From Chlamydiia bacterium (GTDB lineage Bacteria; Chlamydiota; Chlamydiia; Chlamydiales; 2-12-FULL-49-11): 64,000 nt of DNA. Shown here piece after piece: positions 1 to 9,533 of the stretch. Made by a program: the position numbers and the translations under genes. The stretch covers positions 85,535 through 149,534 of the forward strand of contig JAJACQ010000020.1 of the NCBI GenBank assembly GCA_022601435.1, given 5' to 3'. The stretch's first letter is position 1, and every line of letters starts with the position of its first letter. The notes beneath the pieces were generated by a model, which saw only the letters and a program-made list of their open reading frames with translations, made no database searches and was not told the origin of the DNA.

Positions 1-274
1 TTTCTTTTCTTACTTCCATGATTTGATCATGACTTTTAGTAAATAAAGATTCATCGGCAGTAGTTATTAGATCATTTGTAGACTCTTTATAGAGTTTTTC
101 AAGTTTTTCATAGAGTGTTTTGATCTGAGTGTTTTTATCACTTAAATCACTTTGATCAAAGTTAGTCTGCCTATTCAAAATCTCTTTTCGCTTGTCCTCA
201 AGACTTAAAGAGAACAGGTTTATAGAGATAAACAATGAGGTGAAGAGAATGAAATGCTTATAATTTTTTAACAT
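1..274 (-). CDS. hypothetical secreted/coiled-coil protein, 5' part only (3' end lies beyond the left window edge)
   Basis: Minus-strand frame is open from ATG at 274-272 to position 1. Translation starts MLKNYKHFILFTSLFISINLFSLSLEDKRKEIL, a signal-like hydrophobic N-terminus followed by a charged, helical-looking region. No family recognised. Confidence 0.35.
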   Translation of the reverse strand, partial: MLKNYKHFILFTSLFISINLFSLSLEDKRKEILNRQTNFDQSDLSDKNTQIKTLYEKLEKLYKESTNDLITTADESLFTKSHDQIMEVRKE

Positions 275-300
275 ATGAAAAACCTCTGACTATTATACTC

Positions 301-1527
301 TTAACCTTTATTTTTTTTAAGAGGAATCTCTAATTTTCGATAGTTAGATCGTGTAGTATCAAACAGATAACCTACAAAGTAGTCTTGATTTTTCTTTTCT
401 TTGATTTTTTCACAAACAAGGATTTCGTGATTTTGCTTCAAATCTAATAAATCGTCAAATTCTTGTGTTGAAGTCATGTGTTTCCAAAGTGACTCTTTTT
501 TTACTAACCAGTCATTTTCTTTTAAAATAAAAGTTTTGCCTTTAATTTTTCCTATTACAGAAGTTTTATTACGTTTATAGACTTCATCAAATTTAAATTC
601 GTGAAGAGATTTACTTGAAGATTGGTGTATAGGGATCAAGAGCTTATGTTGAAAAAAACCGTTGCTTGTATAATAAGTGGCTTTAATCTCATGATCATTG
701 ACAGAAGATATGATTAAAAGAGGCTTTTTCTGAGTGGATTTAGGATTTATAACCCACTTATTATTTTGGAAAGAGAGCTTATCTCCTTTTTTGATAAAGA
801 GAGGTTTAGAATCCTTGTTTTTATTAATACAAAGTCTAAATAACTTTCTTTTTTTGTCAAAGGAGCTGCTTTTATCGAGCCCTATTAGTTTGTCTGGTGC
901 AAAGCAAGAGGAACCTTCAAGAGAATCAAAGGCTCTTTTTGACGCAGCTTTTAGTTTGGTAGGCTCTTGAAGAGTCTTTTTTAGAAAGACTTCTTCTGAA
1001 GATTGGTAGATTATATCATTTTTTTTATTTCTATATTCCACATGAAATTTTGCTACAAGTCCCTCTGGGGTGACTTTGAGAGGAATAAATGAGTATGGTG
1101 TGGGAGCTTTTGAAAAAGTGATAGAAGACAAATCACTGCAATTTAAAAAGATGGGGATATTTTGCTTTGCGTAGATGGTATCAGAATGAGAAGACAGGGC
1201 AATTGTTTTTTCTGTTTTAAAATTAGCATCGGGGCGAGCGTTGTAGTGCGTAAAGTTTATGAAATCAGTAATTTCTGGATTTGGAATATAGGGCTTTTTT
1301 GTGTCATCAAAGATTGTTATCTCTTTTTGAATAGGTGAAGGCTTTCTTTGAATCGTAGCTTTTTGTTTTAAATGCGGGGATTTTGCAAAAAAATAGTCAA
1401 AATCAGTCTCAAATAAATAAAATGTTAATGCGAGCAAGGGTGTTATTAAAGAAACTAGTAAAAAAAAACCAGTAATTATTTGAATGGTTTTTTTCCAGGT
1501 TCTAAAAGGTATTCCACTAACAATCAT
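301..1527 (-). CDS. hypothetical membrane-anchored protein
   Basis: 408-aa ORF with one N-terminal TM helix (IQIITGFFLLVSLITPLLALTFYLF). The rest is Lys/Ser-rich and soluble. No family recognised. Confidence 0.6.
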   Translation of the reverse strand: MIVSGIPFRTWKKTIQIITGFFLLVSLITPLLALTFYLFETDFDYFFAKSPHLKQKATIQRKPSPIQKEITIFDDTKKPYIPNPEITDFINFTHYNARPDANFKTEKTIALSSHSDTIYAKQNIPIFLNCSDLSSITFSKAPTPYSFIPLKVTPEGLVAKFHVEYRNKKNDIIYQSSEEVFLKKTLQEPTKLKAASKRAFDSLEGSSCFAPDKLIGLDKSSSFDKKRKLFRLCINKNKDSKPLFIKKGDKLSFQNNKWVINPKSTQKKPLLIISSVNDHEIKATYYTSNGFFQHKLLIPIHQSSSKSLHEFKFDEVYKRNKTSVIGKIKGKTFILKENDWLVKKESLWKHMTSTQEFDDLLDLKQNHEILVCEKIKEKKNQDYFVGYLFDTTRSNYRKLEIPLKKNKG

Positions 1528-1698
1528 ATTGATCCAAATAAATAAACATGAGATTTAAAGTATAACTCGTCATTATTTTAATGTAAATCTATATAAAGAT
1601 AAGATTGGGATTGATAAAAAAATAATAAAATTCTAAATAGAGAATAAGAGATTATATATAAATTTCTAGAATATTATATTACCCTGATAGAGGAGACT

Positions 1699-2175
1699 AT
1701 GGATAGCAACAACTCAAACAATGGAAGAAAAGGATTTACTGTTTCAGAATTAGAAGGAACAGCAAAAAAATATGCTTCAGAGATAGGGCTATCAGCTATT
1801 TTTGTAGTCACGGCAATATTTACACTTATTTGGGGTGGAGCGATGATGGTCTGGTCTGTTCTGCTTTGTATGATATTAGGTATCGTAGGAACATTAGTTC
1901 CTGATTCTATGACCATCTGGATGTCAAAGGCATTTGATTTTATTTATAAAGAAAAAGTGATGTTAATTGTAGTTGGAATTGTTATGCTTGTGATTGGCAT
2001 CTTTATCCCAGTCTTGATTTTTGCTCTAATTGGTTTAATTGCAGGTGGAACGCTTTCTTTATCTATGAAAAGAAAAAGCAAAGATACATTTGATTCATCA
2101 TCAAATAACGACTCAGGAAGCAATTCAGGAAATGATACTGGAAATAATTCTGGTGGCGGTTCAGATATATCATAA
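1699..2175 (+). CDS. hypothetical multi-pass membrane protein with Ser/Asn/Gly-rich tail (Inc-like topology)
   Basis: GAGGAG Shine-Dalgarno at 1690-1695, ATG at 1699. Two long hydrophobic blocks (SAIFVVTAIFTLIWGGAMMVWSVLLCMILGIVGTLV and VMLIVVGIVMLVIGIFIPVLIFALIGLIAGG), each wide enough for a TM hairpin. Low-complexity SSSNNDSGSNSGNDTGNNSGGG C-terminus. Confidence 0.6.
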   Translation: MDSNNSNNGRKGFTVSELEGTAKKYASEIGLSAIFVVTAIFTLIWGGAMMVWSVLLCMILGIVGTLVPDSMTIWMSKAFDFIYKEKVMLIVVGIVMLVIGIFIPVLIFALIGLIAGGTLSLSMKRKSKDTFDSSSNNDSGSNSGNDTGNNSGGGSDIS

Positions 2176-2196
2176 CAATAGATTGAATCTATGTTT

Positions 2197-2760
2197 TTAA
2201 TCATTAAAGGTAAAGAATAGAAGGGCTGTTTCGCCTTTGATTTTTTCTTTAAAAATCGAAATATCTAGATGTTGAATAAGTTCATCTTTTGATTTAGAAG
2301 GCATCTCAAGACAGATAAGACCTTTAGTGTCGAGAATGTCCTTTTCATTAATAAGCTTTAGGATTTGTAATACAGAGTCAATCTTCATGCTATAAGGGGG
2401 GTCCATAAAGATAATATCTATACCGGTAATGGATGTTGATTCAATGAACCCAAGAACATCCTTTCTTATTACTGTGCATTCATTTTCAATGTCTAAAGTC
2501 TCAATATTCTCTGAAATTATTTTTGCAGGTCTGCTTTCTTTATCGACAAAGGTAGCAAAATGAGCTCCTTTACTGATTGCCTCAATTCCTAGTGCGCCTG
2601 ATCCTGCAAATAGATCAAGGACCTTACTTGCCAAAAGGTGTGATTGAAGAGTGTCAAAGATCACTTTCTTTGAGTAGGCAGTAGAAGGTCTTGTAGCTGA
2701 GTCATCAGGTGTATTAATATATCTATTTTTAAATTTACCTGAACCAATTCGTAATTTCAT
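2197..2760 (-). CDS. rsmD: 16S rRNA (guanine966-N2)-methyltransferase RsmD
   Basis: 187 aa. SAM motif I is DLFAGSGALGIEAISKGA and motif IV is IIFMDPPY. Size and motifs are typical of RsmD. Confidence 0.85.
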   Translation of the reverse strand: MKLRIGSGKFKNRYINTPDDSATRPSTAYSKKVIFDTLQSHLLASKVLDLFAGSGALGIEAISKGAHFATFVDKESRPAKIISENIETLDIENECTVIRKDVLGFIESTSITGIDIIFMDPPYSMKIDSVLQILKLINEKDILDTKGLICLEMPSKSKDELIQHLDISIFKEKIKGETALLFFTFND

Positions 2761-2787
2761 ATTAAATACTTAGTTTTTTGCATAAGG

Positions 2788-5700
2788 TTAAGGGATTGGA
2801 AGGGGGATGTCAAATTCTTTAGAAGTGTTTTTAGCTTCTACTAAATACTTTTCGTCTTTTGTCTTTAAGAATGAGTAGAGTGATAAAAGAGTTTTTTGAC
2901 TTTCTAGTTTTTTGCGTAAAGAATACCTTGCTTTTCGAGCTTCTTTAAGAGGAAGCTCTTTTAGGATGTTAACCCAACGCTCTCCTGAACGACCTTGTAT
3001 AAATATACGCGCTTTTGACTTTGTGTCTGTATTTCCATAGAAGGTAAAGCTTTTATCAGCTAGAAGAATTGGGCTGATACGTTCATTGAAGTAAACATTT
3101 TGCTCTTTGTTATCTGGAAATGAGATATGAATGTCATGTAGCAAAGGTCTTTTGATATGACGAAGCATTGTGGCAAACTTTCGTGCAAAAGAAGAATGAG
3201 TCTTTGTATAAAGGGAAAATCCATGATTTGTTTTTGCAAGTAATGAAAGCATGGCATTATTATTCTTATCACTCACAGAAGCTGTATAAACTGAGAAGTT
3301 ACCGGCATCTAATGATGTTAAGCTTTCTAAAGACTTTTGGTCTATGCGAATATTCTTAGCAAGGTTTCCGTCTGATAATAACAAGCAGCAACGGTGCGTA
3401 ATTTCGTTAAAGGCAAGAGATTTTTGCTTTTTTAGTAATGTAATAAGAGAATCAAAGGATGTTTTAGATGATTGCTCTATCTTTTGAAGACGCCTTTTAA
3501 CAAAGCTAATTGCTCCTTCTGTTGGAGAAACACTTTTTTCATGTAGGAGCTTATAGCCATCTTTATCTAAAATAGCGATATTGAATTTGGAATCTTCATC
3601 TAAATAATTTAAGGACGTTATGATAGCTTTTTTAAAGACTTTGAATCTGTGTGCTTCAATAGAGCTTGAGGTATCAAGAATATATAGAGCATGGAGAGGA
3701 AGTGGTGCAAAGACATCCCTTTCATCGGTTTTTAAGGTACAAACAAAGTCATAGACATCTTCAGATGAAGAAAACAAACGAGTATCTAAAGAAAAGCTAT
3801 CAGGATATGAATCTGTTTTTAACTCATCTAGAGTTGGCCAGTTGAAAAGATTATAACCAACCATTCTGAGAGCCTTATTTGCTTTTTGAGCACGATCTAG
3901 TAATTGTGTAGCCATTGGATATAATCCCTCTCCCATTAACGAGAGCATAGGATTTAAGAAGAAGGATTTCTTTTTATTGATCTCAGATAGCTTAGGTAAA
4001 TTAACTGACGTTTCAAAAGAGGCTTTTTTGAGCTTAACTTTACAAAGATGGGAAGTTGAAAGATCAGGTAAATTATATGCTTCATAGTTTAAGATTTCAA
4101 TTTCATCATCTAAATCTAAATCAAGTTCATCTAATGGGACATCCACGGCATTTGCTATAAGATTAATTTGTGTATCAGTTACAATTATTTTTGTTTCTGT
4201 ATTCAACTCATCTTTTAAATCAACTGTTGTAATATTTGCTTTGAGGCGATGAAATAGGGGGTGATCTTTAAAAAGAATATTTGAGTGAATGTGATGGTCA
4301 AGGATATTATAATATGAAAGACTATAATCTTCTTGCGCTCCATGCTTTGATTCTGATTTTTGAGAAATCAAAAGTGTACTTTCTGGATCATAGCCTCTGA
4401 TCTTTAAGGAGCTTATGTTGTCTGAGCCTTGTTTAAAAAGATCGTGAGAAACAAGGCGACCTAACTTATTTGTTTGATAAATAAACGATTCATGAAAATT
4501 ATCAGGTACGGGGGCTAAGTAATAAGATTTATTTAGATTTTTATAAGTTAGAAAACTAAGTGAAATTTCTTGAGAGGCTTTTCTTTCTTCATTTTGAGCG
4601 CTATACTCAGAAGGTTTTTTTGAGCTTGCAATTGTTTCGTGATGTGAAGGTAAAAGAAGGTATGAGTTATCAATTTCATTCATTTCTATGCTTGCAAGCA
4701 TCAAGTTATTCTTTGGAGGAGGAGATTTATTTTGCTTTGGTTGCTCAAAAGCAATTTTTTTAAGATTTTTTGTTTGAAAGTGATATTCTTTTGATGGGTC
4801 TTTTGTTTCAATTGCTAGAATAACATTTTCTGCCTTAATTGATTCATCCTTAGGAGAGGCTTCTTTATTAGAGAAATCCCTTTTACTGAGTTGTCTAATT
4901 TTAATGTTTGTATCAGGGAAAGAAGGATCATAATCAAGTACTAAGATATCAGTTTTTTCGTTTATAAAAGACTTTGCAGGGCTTACATTAAATGATTCTT
5001 TTGTAAATTCTTCTGAAAGTGCTTGGAAACTTTGAGCAAAATTATTCTTTTTTATGGTTTTTGGGTTAATAGATTTTAAATAACTTGCACAGCTTGCATT
5101 TTGTAAAGGATTTGAATGATGATTTGCATCATCTAATGCTAATGTAACAGACTTATATCCTTTGTCAATATTGTAACACGACCCTTTTGAGTCAAAGTGA
5201 GTTATCTTTTTGTTTGAATATACAATCGCTGCGTCTGCAAGGCTTTGAGAGGGGGAATACAATCCAGGATGATAATAATATTTGTTAGATCTAGTTTCTA
5301 CAAACAGAGGTAAATGAGTTTTGTTGCAATCTAAAACAAGACTATTTTGAACAACTAAGGAATTTTCAGGGAGCTTAAATGAGGTGTTTAATTCAACTGA
5401 GGAAACACTGTTATTTGGAAGGTTAAGTTCTTGAACAGCTACAGTTTTTATATTTTGTTTAGTAAACAGAGACTTGGTTAATGTAAGTAATGGTTTTTCA
5501 TGTTCATTTAAAGCTTTATCAATCTTCTTTTTAATTCTAGATGTTTTTGAAAGCACTTTAAACTCAATGGAATTTGAAAGATATGTTTCTAAGGTATCTG
5601 TTTCGGGGATTGCATGCTCTGGATGGAAAAGAGCTCTAATATGATAGTATTCTGATTGTCTTTTAAGAGAGTCTACCAAATCGTGAAGAAAGTCATCTTC

Positions 5701-6075
5701 ATTGAAATAATGTAATGAAGCAGATTCTTGTTTTGGAGTTTTTAAACCTTCTTTCTTGGGCCCCGAAGACGATACTTCACAAAAAAAAGTATGATAATTA
5801 ACTGTATTTTTTGCTTTAGGTATTTTTTTATTCCAACTTAATGGCTGGTCATCAAATGAAAATGAGATTTTATGGGAATCTAAATAAGCATCAAATAAAG
5901 AGCCTTGATAATGAATGGAATCAAGAGCAATCTTAGGTATCTTTATTGAGTATCTGATGTCCCCAACACTATTTTTCTCTTTGGAAGGGTTTATTGTTGT
6001 AGTTTGTGAATACAGCAAAGTCCAAAAACTCAAAGTGCACAAGCAAAGGAATAGAAGGGTTTTTATTGGTCGCAT
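2788..6075 (-). CDS. large secreted protein with C-terminal von Willebrand factor A (vWA) domain
   Basis: 1095 aa with an N-terminal signal peptide (MRPIKTLLFLCLCTLSFWTLLYSQ). MIDAS-type DxSxS motif in YILDTSSSIEAHRFKVFKKAI, followed by LLLSDG. The long N-terminal part has no recognisable family. Confidence 0.7.
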   Translation of the reverse strand: MRPIKTLLFLCLCTLSFWTLLYSQTTTINPSKEKNSVGDIRYSIKIPKIALDSIHYQGSLFDAYLDSHKISFSFDDQPLSWNKKIPKAKNTVNYHTFFCEVSSSGPKKEGLKTPKQESASLHYFNEDDFLHDLVDSLKRQSEYYHIRALFHPEHAIPETDTLETYLSNSIEFKVLSKTSRIKKKIDKALNEHEKPLLTLTKSLFTKQNIKTVAVQELNLPNNSVSSVELNTSFKLPENSLVVQNSLVLDCNKTHLPLFVETRSNKYYYHPGLYSPSQSLADAAIVYSNKKITHFDSKGSCYNIDKGYKSVTLALDDANHHSNPLQNASCASYLKSINPKTIKKNNFAQSFQALSEEFTKESFNVSPAKSFINEKTDILVLDYDPSFPDTNIKIRQLSKRDFSNKEASPKDESIKAENVILAIETKDPSKEYHFQTKNLKKIAFEQPKQNKSPPPKNNLMLASIEMNEIDNSYLLLPSHHETIASSKKPSEYSAQNEERKASQEISLSFLTYKNLNKSYYLAPVPDNFHESFIYQTNKLGRLVSHDLFKQGSDNISSLKIRGYDPESTLLISQKSESKHGAQEDYSLSYYNILDHHIHSNILFKDHPLFHRLKANITTVDLKDELNTETKIIVTDTQINLIANAVDVPLDELDLDLDDEIEILNYEAYNLPDLSTSHLCKVKLKKASFETSVNLPKLSEINKKKSFFLNPMLSLMGEGLYPMATQLLDRAQKANKALRMVGYNLFNWPTLDELKTDSYPDSFSLDTRLFSSSEDVYDFVCTLKTDERDVFAPLPLHALYILDTSSSIEAHRFKVFKKAIITSLNYLDEDSKFNIAILDKDGYKLLHEKSVSPTEGAISFVKRRLQKIEQSSKTSFDSLITLLKKQKSLAFNEITHRCCLLLSDGNLAKNIRIDQKSLESLTSLDAGNFSVYTASVSDKNNNAMLSLLAKTNHGFSLYTKTHSSFARKFATMLRHIKRPLLHDIHISFPDNKEQNVYFNERISPILLADKSFTFYGNTDTKSKARIFIQGRSGERWVNILKELPLKEARKARYSLRKKLESQKTLLSLYSFLKTKDEKYLVEAKNTSKEFDIPLPIP

Positions 6076-6090
6076 TCACACTCCCATCTC

Positions 6091-8907
6091 TTAGAAAAGA
6101 GAACCTTTTTTAATTAAGCCCTGACTTTCTTTAATTCTTTGAGATAAATAGACACTTGTTGTTTCTTTACTTAAAGAAGAAAGTAATGAAGATGCTTTTT
6201 GCATAAGATCTAAGCTCATGGAGTTGTTGTTTTCTTTGGCTTTAATTATCGCTTCCATACGAAGAGATTCTGCGTTTATAAACTTCATGTATTGGCTATA
6301 CAGACTTTTAAGAGAATCACTGCCATTTATCTTTTCTTGATACTTTTGTGACATCGGATCTTCGCGATTACCAAAGTCTTCTTTGATTCTCCCTATGAAA
6401 AATAAGTATTTTAGATGGGGGGATTTATCTTTTGTGACAAGACCTCTTATTTTTGCATACTCTAAAGCAGCTTCTAAATGAAGAGGCTCAGAAATTGCAT
6501 TTTTTTGAATCTGGATATTTTTTAAGCTACTTAAGATATCAAAGACCTTTTTATTGCTATCAGTTCTTTCTTTTAGCGCAATCTTGTTAAAACTTAATCT
6601 TACAGAGCAAAGCTTTGAGTACTCTTCTATGAAAGTTCTTTTTGTTGATTGCTGATTTGATAAGAAAGTATATGTTTCAAAAGCTCCATTTTGATCGCCA
6701 TAGATTTCATACGTTTTTCCAAGTTCAAATAAAGCTTCTTGGATTGCTTGCCATTGCCAATCTTTTTTATGAGATTGCTTTTCTACTAAAGATCTTAAAA
6801 CATTAAGCTTTTTGTTATATTGCTTCTTTCTTCCAAGAAGATTTGCATAGCGAAGCACTTCCCATTCTAAGAATATCTTATCTTCATCAATGACTCTAAG
6901 ATTTTCTGTAGCAGGATCGATGAGTATTTCTTCTAAGATTGCAAAGCTTCTATTGAAGAGCTCTTGGTTTTGGGGCAGGTTTCCATCTGTTAGGTATATC
7001 CCTTTTTCCGTGAGTAGATCTTGTAGATATGAACTTGCCAACCATAGCTTATTTTCTAATTTAATCGAAGTCTCACCTAAAGATAAAGCTGTATAGAGAT
7101 GATCTCTTGCTTTGTTAATCAAGGCCTTGGAATTTTCCGATTTTGTTGAAATGTGTAGATAGACATTAAAAAGCTCTAGATGAAGAGCTCCTTTTTTTGA
7201 AAGCTCAGGATCTAAAGAAAGAGCTTTTTCTGCGTGGGCACAGAACATATCATTTGAATCACCTTTTTTATGATGACATAAAGCAGTTAACAGATGCGCT
7301 TCTGCTATGTGATCATTTTGGAAGTGTTTATATATGAATTTTCCGAGATGAGTTAAGGCATCATCATAGTTTCCAAGCTCATATGAAAGCTTTCCTTGTA
7401 AAAAGAGGCATTCAACAATCTCTCCTTTATCAAGAACTTCACTGTGTAGCATAATACTATCTAGATCAGCAAGAAAATCTTTTTTGGTATAAGTTGGCGC
7501 TTGCATCTTTTGATGTTCTTTTAAAAGATTTAAAGATGATGAAAGCAAGTACTTCCAAGCAATTGGCGCATGAGCACTAGATTGATATTTCTGTACAAAT
7601 GAACTGAGCGTATTTTTAGACAGTTCCCAATTGTCATTGTTATAGGCGACAAGCCCATACTCAAGAAATAAAACCTCTTCGTCTTTAAAAGAACTTTTGT
7701 TTTCGATTAATGAAGCAAGTTTAGTTTCTGCTTCTGATGCTCTTCCCATTTCTTTTAACATCATCGCATGAATGAAGACTGCTTGGGAAAGCTCGCTATC
7801 TTCCGGGAAATGCTTTTCTAACTTATCTAACGTCTCTTTATACTGAGATTCGTCTTTGAGGTACTGAGCGGCTCCTAATTGCATGAGGAGGGCATTTCTT
7901 TTCTCATCGCTTGTCCCTTCATTTAATGAAAGAAATTGATTTAAGTGGTGATTGGCTTTGTCATAGATCTTTTTTGCAAAATAACTTCTTGCAATGATGT
8001 ATTCAAGAGTTGCCTTTTTATCATCTGAGCACGTTGCTGTTGTAGCTTCATAGTTGTCGATGACATCGTCATATCTTTCCTCTTGGAAATATAGGATGAG
8101 CCTATTTAGAGCAGAATCAACAGATTTTTCTCCGTTTAACGAAATGATTTGCGTAAATGTTTCTATAGCCATGGGCTTATCAAACTCTGCCTGTGCTAAA
8201 GCAGCATGGAATAAAAGCTCTTCTTTACGATCAGGATGCCTTTTAGCCAGCTCTAAAAAGAAAGATTGCGCCTTATCATTTGTCGATTGAAGTCTATAGA
8301 TTTCTGCTAAAGCAAACATTGTAGGGTCATTAAATGAGGAGTTTAAAATCTTTTCATATAAGGGAAGAGCTTTGGTAAGGTATGTGTTTTTCTTGTCTTT
8401 TGTTTGCATAGATAGAGCATTTCTAAAATATCCCTCTGCCATTAAAAAATAAAATTCATCTTTGCGGTCTAATAACTCTTTTGACATCTTGGTTAAATAC
8501 GGATGGCCACATGAAATTAACTCTTCATATTGCTCAAGTTCGTAATAACACTGCATCTTGTTTAACAAGAAAGTTTTTTTTACTTTTTCATGAGAAATTT
8601 TCAAATAAGAGTCTAAAGCTTCCTTGTATTTTCCTTCTTGAACTAAAAGATCGCCATAATTTCCACGCAGCTGATCACAAAACACACTATTTTCATGTGT
8701 TTTTAAGAAGGAAACGATTTCACTTTTAACAGTTTTATAGTCACAGTCTTTCCAAAATTCCGTGATCCTTCGAAGCATAAATCCTTCTTCTTTAGTTGTT
8801 GCATCGTAATTTGTCATTGCAAATAGACTAAATTGAACGCTACAAAGAATAAGTACAGTCTTTGATAAATGATCTTTAACTTTAGAAAAGTCTAAAAAAA
8901 GGTACAT
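6091..8907 (-). CDS. giant tetratricopeptide-repeat (TPR) protein
   Basis: 938 aa with many degenerate 34-aa helical repeats of TPR character (for example YKEALDSYLKI, YDDALTHLGKFI, AEAHLLTALCHHKKGD). Hydrophobic N-terminus. Only 15 nt upstream of the vWA gene, so probably co-transcribed. Confidence 0.7.
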   Translation of the reverse strand: MYLFLDFSKVKDHLSKTVLILCSVQFSLFAMTNYDATTKEEGFMLRRITEFWKDCDYKTVKSEIVSFLKTHENSVFCDQLRGNYGDLLVQEGKYKEALDSYLKISHEKVKKTFLLNKMQCYYELEQYEELISCGHPYLTKMSKELLDRKDEFYFLMAEGYFRNALSMQTKDKKNTYLTKALPLYEKILNSSFNDPTMFALAEIYRLQSTNDKAQSFFLELAKRHPDRKEELLFHAALAQAEFDKPMAIETFTQIISLNGEKSVDSALNRLILYFQEERYDDVIDNYEATTATCSDDKKATLEYIIARSYFAKKIYDKANHHLNQFLSLNEGTSDEKRNALLMQLGAAQYLKDESQYKETLDKLEKHFPEDSELSQAVFIHAMMLKEMGRASEAETKLASLIENKSSFKDEEVLFLEYGLVAYNNDNWELSKNTLSSFVQKYQSSAHAPIAWKYLLSSSLNLLKEHQKMQAPTYTKKDFLADLDSIMLHSEVLDKGEIVECLFLQGKLSYELGNYDDALTHLGKFIYKHFQNDHIAEAHLLTALCHHKKGDSNDMFCAHAEKALSLDPELSKKGALHLELFNVYLHISTKSENSKALINKARDHLYTALSLGETSIKLENKLWLASSYLQDLLTEKGIYLTDGNLPQNQELFNRSFAILEEILIDPATENLRVIDEDKIFLEWEVLRYANLLGRKKQYNKKLNVLRSLVEKQSHKKDWQWQAIQEALFELGKTYEIYGDQNGAFETYTFLSNQQSTKRTFIEEYSKLCSVRLSFNKIALKERTDSNKKVFDILSSLKNIQIQKNAISEPLHLEAALEYAKIRGLVTKDKSPHLKYLFFIGRIKEDFGNREDPMSQKYQEKINGSDSLKSLYSQYMKFINAESLRMEAIIKAKENNNSMSLDLMQKASSLLSSLSKETTSVYLSQRIKESQGLIKKGSLF

Positions 8908-9026
8908 AGTAACCCCAGATTTTTTGGGTCTGATTATACAAAGTAATTATTATAGGACAAATAAAATTTTTTCTTTCTTTTAAAATCACCTATTTAACTG
9001 CTCGTAGTAAAAAAGAAAAAGTTAAT

Positions 9027-9452
9027 CTATTGATTCATTTCCCGATTTATATTTTCTAGAGCTTGAGTAGCATTTTTAATGCATGATTTTGCGCATCGAT
9101 TGATACAATAATGGACCCTTATATACTGCGATGCTGCTGTAACTAGAAAAAGAAAGGGAGTTACAGTAGCTTGAAGGTTTTTAAGGTTGTAGAGGATACC
9201 GAAACAACTGGTTGCTATACAACCACATGCAGATGCTTTTGTATATATCTTCATCTTGTTAACATTTTTGCTGGTTGCAGTGCATAGCTGAAGGCAATGA
9301 CTGTGATAAAGTAAGCGTGCTTGATTATAACAAGAGGTTTTAGGATCCTTAAATAAATTACTGATTTCTCTTTGAAGCTGGATAGCTTCATTTCTATCTT
9401 GATCATAATCGTGTTGTGCACTAGAGCTAACGTTTCTGTGTTGGATCTCCAT
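9027..9452 (-). CDS. hypothetical small Cys-rich protein with bilobed hydrophobic segment (Inc-like)
   Basis: 141 aa. Hydrophilic N-terminus, then ASACGCIATSCFGILYNL-KNLQ-ATVTPFLFLVTAASQYI: two short hydrophobic lobes separated by a 4-6 aa turn. Confidence 0.5.
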   Translation of the reverse strand: MEIQHRNVSSSAQHDYDQDRNEAIQLQREISNLFKDPKTSCYNQARLLYHSHCLQLCTATSKNVNKMKIYTKASACGCIATSCFGILYNLKNLQATVTPFLFLVTAASQYIRVHYCINRCAKSCIKNATQALENINREMNQ

Positions 9453-9533
9453 ATTGCTCTCACTGTTTATTAAAATTAAAACAATACTATATTTAGTTTA
9501 CCAAAAGCAAGAAGAAGGTTGCAAAAGGCTAAT

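Noticed and set aside
9251-9463. ORF 9251-9463 (-), overlapping ORF 9027-9452 in another frame.
   Set aside because: It shares almost its whole length with the longer ORF, which has the more protein-like Inc-type architecture. Both cannot be real, and this one has no distinguishing support.
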